IMG/VR virus record: IMGVR_UViG_3300027586_000002
Location: 42,941 to 106,940 of that record
Source of the DNA: a virus
Length of the DNA stretch: 64,000 nt
Direction: 5' to 3' (one strand)
Shown here: positions 1 through 9,391 of the stretch, one piece after another
Position numbering within the stretch: the first letter of the stretch is position 1
Layout: the number at the start of each line of letters is the position of its first letter
Program-made: the position numbers and the translations under genes
Notes under the pieces: model-generated
What the model was told of the DNA's origin: nothing
Seen by the model: only the letters and a program-made list of their open reading frames with translations
Databases searched by the model: none

Positions 1-1
1 G

Positions 2-160
2 AAGACTAACCGTGTATTTGATACCAAATCAAAGCAAAACATCTGCATCGTCAATGGCAAGGCCGAGATGGGAATAGGGGCTGACGCAGTTGTCGCATTA
101 CTACTTGCTTTGAAGAATGACAGCAGGAGAGTAGACGCGATACAAACATTGAAATTATGA
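2..160 (+). CDS. 3' end of an uncharacterised gene (partial), upstream of the JAB-E1 pair
   Basis: Open frame KTNRVFDTKSKQNICIVNG...LLALKNDSRRVDAIQTLKL*; its TGA overlaps the JAB ATG (ATGA). Confidence 0.6.
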   Translation, partial: KTNRVFDTKSKQNICIVNGKAEMGIGADAVVALLLALKNDSRRVDAIQTLKL

Positions 161-672
161 CTGAATCATTAAAGCTAGCATTAGACGAAGCCATGGCCTA
201 CGCCGCCCCATTTATAGAAATGGAGTGCGGCGGGGTCATACTTAAATCAAAAGAAGCAGAGGAGTATAAGTTCATCCCACTTCTTAATAAGCATAAAGAC
301 ACAGCTAAATCAGCCGGGCTTTATGAAGTAGACAGAACAGACTTTGGTAAACAAGTTATACCCTTACTAACATCTGGATATAATAACTACGCAAGCTTTC
401 ATACACATCCTATTGGGTGTGATACCAATCCAAGCTCCATAGATTTTACAAAACTGTTTAAAGGATTTCCAACCAATTTTATATTCTCGCCATCAACTAA
501 AGCCTTGAGCCAATATGATTTTGTCCCTGGTACTACCATGGAGGAGATTTTTGGTAGCGGCAAAGGTGGGGAAAATACCTTATTGTTTGTTGAAAATTTA
601 GAAGATAAGTTAGATGGACCTAAAATTGAATCGGCTTGGAACTTAACTAAACTACGCAATGAGCAAACTTAA
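157..672 (+). CDS. JAB/MPN (JAMM) metalloisopeptidase
   Basis: ECGG...HTHP-x6-PSxxD JAMM motif; overlaps the ThiF/E1 gene. Confidence 0.8.
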   Translation: MTESLKLALDEAMAYAAPFIEMECGGVILKSKEAEEYKFIPLLNKHKDTAKSAGLYEVDRTDFGKQVIPLLTSGYNNYASFHTHPIGCDTNPSSIDFTKLFKGFPTNFIFSPSTKALSQYDFVPGTTMEEIFGSGKGGENTLLFVENLEDKLDGPKIESAWNLTKLRNEQT

Positions 673-1252
673 AATAGCAATAGCTGGAGCAGGAGGCATT
701 GGTGGCTATGTGGCAGGTCAATTATATGAATACGGGCTTAACCGTAGGCAATTTGATTTTGCTGGCATGGACATAACTGTGTATGACGACGACACAGTTG
801 ATGCCTCCAATCTTTTACACCAGAACTTCTCAGAAGCTGATCTGGGGCAAAAAAAAGCGAAATTGATTGCCGACCGGTATTATCTAACAGCAGAGCTTAA
901 CAGAATGACCGTAGAGGACTTTGCTAAGTATGATGTGATATTTTGTTGTGTAGATAATATGGTATTCAGGAAAAAGCTTTATGAGTATGGTTGGGCTCAC
1001 CCTAATAATATTTTCTGGATTGATGGGCGTTGCTCCAGCCGAAATATAGGGTTGTTCAACTCACAACTAGGCAGGAATGAACTTTCATCTGAGTTAAATG
1101 ATAGCGTTGCTTCTGGAGGATGCCTATTGGCTCATGATAAAGAGGCCAAAGTTTCACATGTTACGCCCTTGACAATCGCCAGCATGATGACGCAAGCTTT
1201 CTTGAATTACTTGCGTAAGGAAGGTACTGGCAAAGTAAAATTATATCTATAA
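659..1252 (+). CDS. ThiF/MoeB/E1-like adenylating enzyme
   Basis: GAGGIG glycine loop, DDDTVDASNLLHQNF, CVDN..R, WIDGR, candidate thioester Cys in GGCL. Confidence 0.88.
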   Translation: MSKLKIAIAGAGGIGGYVAGQLYEYGLNRRQFDFAGMDITVYDDDTVDASNLLHQNFSEADLGQKKAKLIADRYYLTAELNRMTVEDFAKYDVIFCCVDNMVFRKKLYEYGWAHPNNIFWIDGRCSSRNIGLFNSQLGRNELSSELNDSVASGGCLLAHDKEAKVSHVTPLTIASMMTQAFLNYLRKEGTGKVKLYL

Positions 1253-1536
1253 TGATTGGAACATTGGCTAGTAACAACAAAGCCATTTTAGAGAAGATCT
1301 TGATGAAAAAGTTGAGCCTTATAGCGAAAGCTGTGGGGCTCAACCTTCCAGAATGGGATATTGATAAATCTCTTTATCTTGCAATAAGAAAGTCTAATAA
1401 GTTGACTAGTGCTGCAATAACGTGTATTGAATACAGTGCAATTATTGAAGCCGCAACATTGATGAAATTAAAAATAAATCCGAACTTTTACTGGTTTAAC
1501 AATCTAGAACAGTTCAATAACACAAAAAATAAATAA
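1252..1536 (+). CDS. hypothetical protein
   Basis: ORF packed between neighbours. Confidence 0.5.
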   Translation: MIGTLASNNKAILEKILMKKLSLIAKAVGLNLPEWDIDKSLYLAIRKSNKLTSAAITCIEYSAIIEAATLMKLKINPNFYWFNNLEQFNNTKNK

Positions 1537-1537
1537 T

Positions 1538-2542
1538 ATGGCAATAATTAAACCGTCTTTGAATTTCGAGGGCAGCGATCTATCCAGCTTCAATGCTGGC
1601 TCAATTGTAAGATCTGACGTCCCGACCATAGACTTTAAAACAGAGAAAGCCAAGCAAGGGCTGTATCTCTATATTCTTCCACCTTATAAATTAGACGCTG
1701 CTGGGAATGGCGTATGGTTTAAAGTGGTAAAAATTCGTGATAACTTTGGTATTGATATCAAAGAGAAATTCCCAGTTCAGAAAAACTGCCCTGTTGAGTT
1801 CTTTGAAAATAAGGTAAAGTTACTTTTCCCAGATTATGCAAGAGTCGACAAGATCGTCAAAGATGGTCGCGATATCAAGCAGTATCCTTCGTATGGTAGA
1901 ACGACGAAGAGAGTTATATTCAACGCAGCATATTATGACGCGTTTGAAAAGGGCGCTCACGTTTTGGATATACCGCAATCAGGTGCGGCTGAAGTTATCG
2001 ACAATTTTCACCGCAGAGTGGGTCCGAGTGGTAAGCTAACCCAAATGGTGAATGATCCCAGTGGTGCTGCTGCGTTGTTCTTCAGGTTGAAGCCGGCTGC
2101 GGAGAGCAAGGGCAATCCGTGGGAAGTAATCATCCAGTCCAATGAGCGTTCAGCTTTACCAACTGAGTTGTCAGACAGCGAATACCTACATGACCTTGAT
2201 GATGTACTAGTTAAGAAGAATACTGATGAGCTTATAGAAAAACTCAGAATGTATACTCCTAATGAGATATTTGAAGCCTGCCTGAAGGGGTACAGTAAGG
2301 ACTTTGTCACCAAGACAGCCATGACGTCATCGCCTAGCTGCGCGCTCCCGCCTGTATTAGAAACCTTGGCTACAAAGCCAGCTCCAGTCGGTCTCAACAT
2401 ACCTAAGATCAGGCGCAATGACCCCGCTCCAGTAGCACAAGAAGAAGCAGTTGAGCAGGAAGTCGTTATACCGCCGGCGTGGGCGAACACCGGCCCGGCA
2501 AGCAGGAAAGCAGCAGTTGATTTCTTGAATAAGAAAGTTTAA
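1538..2542 (+). CDS. probable single-stranded DNA-binding protein (gp32-like)
   Basis: YILPP..W, CPV and DP..G pattern, low-complexity tail, directly upstream of the recombinase. Confidence 0.5.
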   Translation: MAIIKPSLNFEGSDLSSFNAGSIVRSDVPTIDFKTEKAKQGLYLYILPPYKLDAAGNGVWFKVVKIRDNFGIDIKEKFPVQKNCPVEFFENKVKLLFPDYARVDKIVKDGRDIKQYPSYGRTTKRVIFNAAYYDAFEKGAHVLDIPQSGAAEVIDNFHRRVGPSGKLTQMVNDPSGAAALFFRLKPAAESKGNPWEVIIQSNERSALPTELSDSEYLHDLDDVLVKKNTDELIEKLRMYTPNEIFEACLKGYSKDFVTKTAMTSSPSCALPPVLETLATKPAPVGLNIPKIRRNDPAPVAQEEAVEQEVVIPPAWANTGPASRKAAVDFLNKKV

Positions 2543-2555
2543 CACTATTAATAAG

Positions 2556-2580
2556 ATTGGCTGCCGCATAGGCAGCCAAT
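2556..2580 (+). terminator. intergenic hairpin
   Basis: ATTGGCTGCC-GCATA-GGCAGCCAAT inverted repeat; no U-tract. Confidence 0.45.
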
Positions 2581-2589
2581 CATCAATAT

Positions 2590-3804
2590 ATGCCAATAGA
2601 AGAACTTATATCGTTAACAAAAAAGCAATTCGAAAAACAGAACAAGGACTCGGAGATGCAGTTCCTTTATGCCAAGGATGAACCTCCGGCATCAGGGCTG
2701 GTGATTGATAACCCACAACTAGAGTATATACTTGATAGACGGTTTCTGGCTTACGGTAGATGCTACTTGTTCTATGGTAAAAAAGGTGCATCTAAAACCA
2801 GCTTGTTCTTAGATATAGCTAAAGCTTTTCAAAAACAAGGTGGTGATGTTATATGGATAGAAACAGAACATGCCATTGACCTTGATTTTGCCAAGAAACA
2901 GGGAGTCAATTTAGACAAGTTAGTATTGCTTCATCCTTCATCATTGGAAGAAGCTTTAAGCTTGGCTGAACAGATTGTTAGAAACATGCCTAAGGCTTAT
3001 CCTGATGGCAATACACCGGTACTCATATGTCTGGACTCAATAGCTGGGTCAGTTACTGAGTATGAGGTAGATACATCACACAGCGTAAGAGACGTAAAAC
3101 CAGGTGAGCATGCCAGGCTATTAAGCAGGTTCTATCGTGAGTTTGAAAGACCGCTTGCAAAGGAGCGTTGTATATTCTTAGCCCTAAACCAGCTTAAAGT
3201 ATCTATAGGTGGCTTTGGAGGGTTTGGTGAAGAACCACCGGAATCCATGATTGGTGGCGAGGCTCCTAGATTTCATTCTACTTACCAGCTTAAGATAGTT
3301 AGGACTAAAGATCTGACTTACGAAACTGACAAGCATGAAAAGATTAAGATAGGTTCAAGACACCAGATTACCTGCAAGCGTAACAAGCTTGGTAAAGAAG
3401 GTAATTCACAGAATGTAGAATTCGATTTGTATATCGACGGCGGCATTGACTGGTACGGTCCATTGGTTCGAAGAACAGCTAAATTCTATCCTGAAGTTAT
3501 TAGTTCAGGAGGGGCAGGCTGGTATAATTGGAATGTACCGAACATTCATTATACTACTGGTGAAGGCGGCAACGAGCTTATATCCACAGAAGATAACTAT
3601 AGAGAGCCAGACTTAGCCAGACTTATTAGCTCCAGCCCAGAAGCTAAGGAAGTTATTAGAAAGTGTTTAAAGATACCTGATCTACCTCCAGAGAAAGTAA
3701 TCGCTCAGTTAGAAGTCGCCAGGTTGTCGAAAAGAAAAACCAAGAAAAGTCTTGAAGAAGAACCTGGAGTATCTAGACTAGTCGAGGAAGATCCAAGTGA
3801 ATAA
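2590..3804 (+). CDS. recA: RecA/UvsX-family recombinase
   Basis: GKKGASKT Walker A variant, IETEHAID, LDSIA Walker B, NQLK, GGEAPRFHS. Confidence 0.88.
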   Translation: MPIEELISLTKKQFEKQNKDSEMQFLYAKDEPPASGLVIDNPQLEYILDRRFLAYGRCYLFYGKKGASKTSLFLDIAKAFQKQGGDVIWIETEHAIDLDFAKKQGVNLDKLVLLHPSSLEEALSLAEQIVRNMPKAYPDGNTPVLICLDSIAGSVTEYEVDTSHSVRDVKPGEHARLLSRFYREFERPLAKERCIFLALNQLKVSIGGFGGFGEEPPESMIGGEAPRFHSTYQLKIVRTKDLTYETDKHEKIKIGSRHQITCKRNKLGKEGNSQNVEFDLYIDGGIDWYGPLVRRTAKFYPEVISSGGAGWYNWNVPNIHYTTGEGGNELISTEDNYREPDLARLISSSPEAKEVIRKCLKIPDLPPEKVIAQLEVARLSKRKTKKSLEEEPGVSRLVEEDPSE

Positions 3805-3807
3805 CTT

Positions 3808-4209
3808 ATGGGTAAACTAGGACCAACAGGATTTAGCCATCCAACTAAAACATTTAAAGATAACTATGCAAATATCTTTGGTAAACAAGTTAAAACTATG
3901 AACAAAGTTAAGAAAGAACCAGCAGTACGCAAGACCAAACGTACAGTTGTTGAGCAATCAAAGCCCAGCAAAAGCAAAAGCATGAAAGACTCGATGGTAG
4001 CAGAGCGCGTCGTGGCTGAAAAAGTTAATTCAGCCTTGAAGCAGCGTCTCACCCCGGAGGTTATTCAAATGAGCAAGCTGACTGAAGAGCAACAGCGCAA
4101 GCTTATATTTGATACTTTTCCAGGTGACGAGCTTGGTTTGACAACAGGAAAAGTACATCATGACGCCTACGATGCCATGAAGCCAGTCCCTGACTCAACC
4201 AAGGGCTAA
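3808..4209 (+). CDS. hypothetical basic protein
   Basis: ORF in operon, Lys-rich. Confidence 0.6.
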   Translation: MGKLGPTGFSHPTKTFKDNYANIFGKQVKTMNKVKKEPAVRKTKRTVVEQSKPSKSKSMKDSMVAERVVAEKVNSALKQRLTPEVIQMSKLTEEQQRKLIFDTFPGDELGLTTGKVHHDAYDAMKPVPDSTKG

Positions 4210-4689
4210 ATGAAAACTATAGTTGCTGCAGATAACGGAGTATCAGGGTCCTGGGCCATCGGCAGAGCTGATGGAACAGTGGAATACTATCCTACTCCAG
4301 TTAAGAAGTGCCGCAACTATACCAAGGTCGAAGCTCATTTACAAAGGATAGACGTCGACAAACTGACGGCTATCCTTTGTAAATTACCTAAAGATACACT
4401 GGTTATTCTAGAACGGCCATTAGTCAATCCCGGCAGGTTTAAAGCTACAATATCGGCTGTAAGATGCCTGGAAGCTACGTTGATAGTTCTAGAGCAACTT
4501 AAACTAAATAGCATAACTTATATCGATAGTAGACAATGGCAGGAGTCAATGCTACCAGGTGTAAAAGGAAGTGACGAATTAAAAGCCGCCTCACTTACTA
4601 AAGGTAAAGAGCTTTTTCCTAATTTAGAAATTAAAAAAGACGCCGATGCCTTGTTAATACTGGTATGGGCAAGAAAAACAAACTTATAA
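4210..4689 (+). CDS. RuvC-like Holliday junction resolvase
   Basis: AADNGVSG N-terminal strand, ILER, WQ, DADALLI acidic motifs of the RNase H fold. Confidence 0.78.
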   Translation: MKTIVAADNGVSGSWAIGRADGTVEYYPTPVKKCRNYTKVEAHLQRIDVDKLTAILCKLPKDTLVILERPLVNPGRFKATISAVRCLEATLIVLEQLKLNSITYIDSRQWQESMLPGVKGSDELKAASLTKGKELFPNLEIKKDADALLILVWARKTNL

Positions 4690-4692
4690 CAT

Positions 4693-5115
4693 ATGCCATC
4701 AGTAGTAGAATCAAAAACATTGTTTTATAAAGCAGGCGCAAGTGATAAGTTTTATCACACGGAACTCTATAAGGTGTCAGATCAAGAATACTATATATTT
4801 GCATTCTATGGTAGAAGACCAATGGGTAGTGTCACACCTAATGTTTCGTTTAGGCTAAAAAACCACGCGCCGCTAACCAAGCCTGCCGCTTTTCTTGTAT
4901 ATGAGGACTTACTTTATAGTAAGACACAGCACAATTATTATGAATCAGAAGTCCCTCCACAAACTAATTTAGAGTACATACATCAAAAGAGCAAACTTAT
5001 ACGCAATGTATGGCTTAATAACGTTGGAATAAGAACAGCAGCCAAGTCCAAAGATGAAAAATTAATGGACAAGGTTATTCTTAAAGAAGAACCATTACGT
5101 CGAATTCAAATCTAA
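4693..5115 (+). CDS. WGR-domain protein
   Basis: SDKFY...FYGRR...K..Y pattern; ends in RRIQI. Confidence 0.6.
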   Translation: MPSVVESKTLFYKAGASDKFYHTELYKVSDQEYYIFAFYGRRPMGSVTPNVSFRLKNHAPLTKPAAFLVYEDLLYSKTQHNYYESEVPPQTNLEYIHQKSKLIRNVWLNNVGIRTAAKSKDEKLMDKVILKEEPLRRIQI

Positions 5116-5116
5116 T

Positions 5117-5581
5117 ATGGTCGTCGAGAACACCGGCACAGCAGAATATATAGTAGTACAGAAGCTGGCGTCACACTTTAAAGTAAAGAAAGATGAGCTT
5201 TACAAGGAAGTCCGACAGCAACAAGAAGAAAGAGGAGACAAGCTGGTATATGCTCCCAGTTTGTATGAAAAGTACGACTTCTTTTTTAAGCTTAGATGCA
5301 TACAAGCTCCAAAGTTAAACCTGGAAGACATACTAAACTATAAGAAGTTCATAAAGACAAAGATATACCAAGACTTTGTACAATATGAGCCAGATGATAA
5401 ACATTGCTTCGCAATGGCTTTGGTTCTGGTTGGTACAGTATGGCTTATATATAGAAGCAAAGAAGTTTATGATGGGTCAGGAGCTATCATCCTAAACGAC
5501 TCTGAAAACTTCTATAATTCCATCCGTATAACGCCTATTCAAAACTACTTGTCAGATGAATTCTCACACAAAGAACAATGA
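5117..5581 (+). CDS. hypothetical protein
   Basis: ORF in operon. Confidence 0.6.
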   Translation: MVVENTGTAEYIVVQKLASHFKVKKDELYKEVRQQQEERGDKLVYAPSLYEKYDFFFKLRCIQAPKLNLEDILNYKKFIKTKIYQDFVQYEPDDKHCFAMALVLVGTVWLIYRSKEVYDGSGAIILNDSENFYNSIRITPIQNYLSDEFSHKEQ

Positions 5582-6809
5582 CCCAGTTTTAGATATACAG
5601 AGATTCCTTTTTAATGGAGGAACTCTGGACCAGCTTAGAGAACAATATAAGTTAATAATAGTTGAACATGAAGATGGTAGAGTAATGTTTAATTATGATC
5701 AGATAGACTCTCCAAGAGGTGAAATGATATGCCAGGAATCTAGAGGGCTTATCTTGGAGAAAGGAACATGGGAACTAGTATCGCTAGGCTTTCATAGATT
5801 TTTCAACTCAGAAGAACTACCCTATGCGCACACACTTGATTTTAATTCTCAAGTAAGGGCTTTTCCAAAGATTGATGGTTCTTATGTATCAATGTATTAC
5901 TATAAGGGCCAATGGAGGTTTTCTACTAGAGGTAGCATTGACGCATCTGGCAGTGTCGGAGACTTTCCGTTTACGTTTAAAGAGCTAATAGATAGCGTAA
6001 AGCCTAGTAACTTTACAGACTATTCATTACAAACTTCCGTAGATTTTACTTATATATTTGAGCTAGTCTCTCCGTATAACAAGATAGTGACCCCATATGA
6101 AAAGGCTGAGCTTATACTTATAGGGGCCAGAAAAGTAAGAGACACAGAATATTCATTGGCTGTTCCTATAGGCTTTGAGCTAGATTATAAATCACTCGGA
6201 GCAATAGCTATATATTTTGGCGTAAAGTTCTATGAAGGGGTAGACATATCTAATCTACTTGCGGTCATTAATCTTATAGCAAACATTAAGCCTACAGACG
6301 AAGGGTTTGTTGTGGTAGAACAGACTAACTCTGTAAGAGGGTTTAGAAGAGTTAAAATGAAGAACGCCTCATATGTAGCCCTTCATCATTTAAAGTCATC
6401 TGATGGTTGCAAGAATTTAGCTGTCATACTACAGAAGGATGAAGACTCAGAGGTAGCCTCCCTGTTACCAGAACTTAAGCAGCTATTAGATACAGCTAGA
6501 AATAAAATAGAACAATTAATTGTAGTATTAAATAATCAGTATGAGCTGGCCAACCACGTAGCAGATAAGGAGTTGGAGCCTAGAGCTAAGAGGAAAATAT
6601 TTGCTGAGAATGCTCTAACATCTGCTGTTCCTGGTTTTCTATTTGAAAAGTATAATAAACCAGCGCTAGGGTTTAGAGAGATAATTAGAACAGCGCAACC
6701 TGATAAGATAGCAGAGTTGATAGGGCTAAAAAACATAAAGCTATCTGTGTTTAATCAGAAGCAGGAGCGCACCCTCCCTCCCGCCCCACCGACCCCCATA
6801 GCTAGCTAG
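5556..6809 (+). CDS. RNA ligase, T4 Rnl1 family
   Basis: ESRGLIL, RFFN, KIDGS motif I, STRG, FELVSP.N.IV, EGFVV, RVKMK..Y..LH. Confidence 0.85.
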   Translation: MNSHTKNNDPVLDIQRFLFNGGTLDQLREQYKLIIVEHEDGRVMFNYDQIDSPRGEMICQESRGLILEKGTWELVSLGFHRFFNSEELPYAHTLDFNSQVRAFPKIDGSYVSMYYYKGQWRFSTRGSIDASGSVGDFPFTFKELIDSVKPSNFTDYSLQTSVDFTYIFELVSPYNKIVTPYEKAELILIGARKVRDTEYSLAVPIGFELDYKSLGAIAIYFGVKFYEGVDISNLLAVINLIANIKPTDEGFVVVEQTNSVRGFRRVKMKNASYVALHHLKSSDGCKNLAVILQKDEDSEVASLLPELKQLLDTARNKIEQLIVVLNNQYELANHVADKELEPRAKRKIFAENALTSAVPGFLFEKYNKPALGFREIIRTAQPDKIAELIGLKNIKLSVFNQKQERTLPPAPPTPIAS

Positions 6810-6830
6810 TCTTAAGGCAGGTATAATACT
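6772..6830 (+). promoter_or_regulatory. cassette left end: C-rich tract + TAG box + GGTATAATA promoter box
   Basis: Same arrangement recurs at 30980, 58035, 58773 and 63236. Confidence 0.65.
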
Positions 6831-6925
6831 ATGGTGAAAGGCTAACTGCCTGACCATGTTTATACCTGTGTACCTTCAGGCATGAACATCTACAACGACA
6901 AAGGTAGAAGTGAGAGCAAAAAGTT

Positions 6926-7546
6926 ATGAAAAAAATCATTGTAAAGTTGTTGGCGTGGTGGCAGACACAGTTCTTGCGGCCCGCGTGGGATGAGGCCGAC
7001 CGTCTCGAGAAGGTCTCCGCCGACGCCGCCACCCTTGCGGCCGAGAAAAAGCCCGACGAGCCCAAGGCCGACGAGAAGAAAAAGGACAAGAAGGAAAACG
7101 CCGAGAAGAAGGACGACGAGAAGAAGGTGACTCACACTCACTACGTCGCGGACCTTGACCGCCGTGGTTCGCTGGCGGTCGCGGTAGTGGTTCTGGTTCT
7201 GCTGGCTTCGGTCGCCTGGTTCGGCGGCCGGGAGATAGTCAGGATCGGGAGCGAAGAATTGCAGAAGGAATGGCAGAAAGCCTTCCCCACCACGGCGCCT
7301 AAGAAATCCCAGCCGGTGGTGAAAGTGCTCCCCGCCGCGCCAAGACCGCCGCTGCCCTATAAGGGCAACCTGGCGGAGACGGTAGGATTCTTCGCAGCAC
7401 GTCGCATTGACGCAGCCACGGCCAAGATGGCGCGGCTGGAGGGATGGAGCCGCATGCCAGATAAATCATTCGCCGCCGGCCGATGGGTAGCATGGGCGGG
7501 CGGCGAAGTGGTCACGTATGACTACGTGGCCCAGAAATGGGAGTGA
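6926..7546 (+). CDS. GC-rich single-pass membrane protein (cassette cargo)
   Basis: Hydrophobic LAVAVVVLVLLASVAWF segment; visibly GC-richer than flanks. Confidence 0.7.
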   Translation: MKKIIVKLLAWWQTQFLRPAWDEADRLEKVSADAATLAAEKKPDEPKADEKKKDKKENAEKKDDEKKVTHTHYVADLDRRGSLAVAVVVLVLLASVAWFGGREIVRIGSEELQKEWQKAFPTTAPKKSQPVVKVLPAAPRPPLPYKGNLAETVGFFAARRIDAATAKMARLEGWSRMPDKSFAAGRWVAWAGGEVVTYDYVAQKWE

Positions 7547-7566
7547 CGGTGGAGTAGAAATGTTAA

Positions 7567-7652
7567 AGAGTGGCACCTGGGAAAACCTGGGTGCCACTCT
7601 GACTTATATAAATCAATTTTGATTAAAGAGCTAACTTTACTTTAGCTATTAG
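7567..7652 (+). terminator. cassette right end: hairpin + TTTAGCTATTAG
   Basis: AGAGTGGCACC...GGTGCCACTCT stem, then end motif at 7641-7652. Confidence 0.6.
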
Positions 7653-7683
7653 CTATTTATATTTTAAACCAGTAGTAATTTTT

Positions 7684-8580
7684 ATGAACACCGCATTAAA
7701 TAACCAACTAGCAGAGCAATTGACAGCATCAGCTCCCAAATTAGTGTTAGTAGAAAATAAAGGCATTCCTGAAGTCACACAGGTTATGGCATCAATTGAT
7801 AATCAGATAGCTTGCTTACAAGCAAACGCCGGCACGATAAACCTTGACCAAGAGATGCAAAAGCTTGGTCGTGGCTGGGTACGAGGCTCCAAAATTAACA
7901 ATGTTAATAACGTACATATGTTAAAACAAATGTTGAGCCGTGTTACCAAATTGCTAGACAGAACCGATATGGCTGACGGAACCACAGCCTACAGGTTTTT
8001 CATACCTGACGAATATACAGCAGTGACATGCTGGGTCAGACTGCAAGAGCTAGGGCAAAGAAGGCTTGTGTTCAAGCCAAAGCATAATGTCTCAGGTCAC
8101 TCCCGCAAGCCACAATTTGATTGCCAGATTGTTGTAGGCTACCGGTTGGCTATACCAGAGCTACATACTGAAGATGAAGCTTTCTTCTATGCTCCAGACG
8201 TAGCACCTATCGCTACAAATATAGTTACATTTGTAGTTAACACCAAAGAGAACAGGCTGGTAAAGTGGCTGCCTGGAGAAGACAAAGAGCGTTTTCGCCC
8301 TACCAGCGATCTTAAAACGCACTGGGTAAACTGCTGCAACTATCCAAAAGAGAAATATCAGCCTAAGGCTAAAAATGTGCCAGCTGAGTCAAAGCTGTCA
8401 GATAATAATATTACACTTACTCCAAGACCTATAATGTCGTCGCTCCCACCAATAATGGCAGTGAAACCTAAAATACAAGAAGAAGACGAGGTATCATTTG
8501 TATTTGCTCTAAAAGAGGAGCTAAAGAAAGATGGGCTGTTGATTTCTACCTTCGAGCAAATGGGTATGTCAAAGCACTAA
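7684..8580 (+). CDS. hypothetical protein
   Basis: 298-aa ORF, no recognised motif. Confidence 0.7.
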   Translation: MNTALNNQLAEQLTASAPKLVLVENKGIPEVTQVMASIDNQIACLQANAGTINLDQEMQKLGRGWVRGSKINNVNNVHMLKQMLSRVTKLLDRTDMADGTTAYRFFIPDEYTAVTCWVRLQELGQRRLVFKPKHNVSGHSRKPQFDCQIVVGYRLAIPELHTEDEAFFYAPDVAPIATNIVTFVVNTKENRLVKWLPGEDKERFRPTSDLKTHWVNCCNYPKEKYQPKAKNVPAESKLSDNNITLTPRPIMSSLPPIMAVKPKIQEEDEVSFVFALKEELKKDGLLISTFEQMGMSKH

Positions 8581-8584
8581 CTAT

Positions 8585-8929
8585 ATGAATACAAAAGCAA
8601 TAACACAGGTAGCGCTTGGGTTATTAGCGCTTGGGTTTTCAGCAATAACCGCCAAAGTTATAGCTGATAGATATTACGATACTTCTAATATTCAAGTAGT
8701 CTATATAGCCGCCTTAGTGCTGGCTTCATTGGAAAATTTGGCAATGTTTGTTGTGTCTTTCTTTGTCTATGATGAAGAAGACATAAAAATACATAAAGTA
8801 GAGTTGGATAATATTGCGTTAAGAAGGGATAATATTGAGCTGCAAAGACAGTTAAACGCAGTCAATATATACACAGATCAACTGGAAAAAAATCAGAAGT
8901 CCAGGTCACCCCTCCAACACACTCGTTAA
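8585..8929 (+). CDS. membrane protein (2 TM + coiled coil)
   Basis: Two hydrophobic segments and a heptad-like tail. Confidence 0.6.
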   Translation: MNTKAITQVALGLLALGFSAITAKVIADRYYDTSNIQVVYIAALVLASLENLAMFVVSFFVYDEEDIKIHKVELDNIALRRDNIELQRQLNAVNIYTDQLEKNQKSRSPLQHTR

Positions 8930-9283
8930 GGACTCAGCTACTGTTTCTGGCAATTTAGACTTAACCTTCTTTATTGCCTTTAACAGTATAGCTCTGTCTT
9001 TCTTTGATTTGATTTGCCATTTAGCATAGGTGTTATTGCTTTTTTTATAAGTATAGGTAAAACAACTTCCACCAAAAAACTCCTTTAGTTTAAAAGTGAG
9101 TGGTTGTTTTGACATAGGTAATGATATGGTAATTTCTTTATACCTATTATTAATTGACACATTGGAATAAATTACGCCGAGCAAAAAAGAAATCATGAAC
9201 CGATCATTAGCAGTATTGTTGGCTTTTTTTATAGTAATAGCGTTACTTACAGGAAGATTGGTAGACATATTAATCTTTTGCAC
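8906..9283 (-). CDS. degenerate LAGLIDADG-like domain protein
   Basis: FLLGVIYSNVSI helix, L..FFGG, W.I.S pattern; the catalytic acidic residue is absent. Confidence 0.5.
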   Translation of the reverse strand: MQKINMSTNLPVSNAITIKKANNTANDRFMISFLLGVIYSNVSINNRYKEITISLPMSKQPLTFKLKEFFGGSCFTYTYKKSNNTYAKWQIKSKKDRAILLKAIKKVKSKLPETVAESLTSVLEG

Positions 9284-9391
9284 AATAACAGCTCTTAGTT
9301 ATACATTGATAAAACAATTTAGTAAAGAGAAAACAGTTGAGCCAAAAGCCCCGTCACGCAACAAAAACTATAACAAGAAATCACGATAATT

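Noticed and set aside
2590-3804. RecA Walker A reads GASKT rather than SGKT, suggesting inactivity
   Set aside because: Lys-Thr and the other motifs are intact; phage UvsX-type recombinases are known to deviate here.
6772-6797. C-rich tracts as G-quadruplex elements
   Set aside because: Some tracts have four G-runs on the minus strand, but others (30980, 58035, 43025) do not, and the 63236 tract is also a promoter spacer. Not supportable as a general feature.
6829-7493. Antisense ORFs in GC-rich cargo (also 63506-63865 and 63619-63816)
   Set aside because: Expected shadow ORFs in stop-poor GC-rich DNA; promoter and terminator orientation support the main plus-strand genes.
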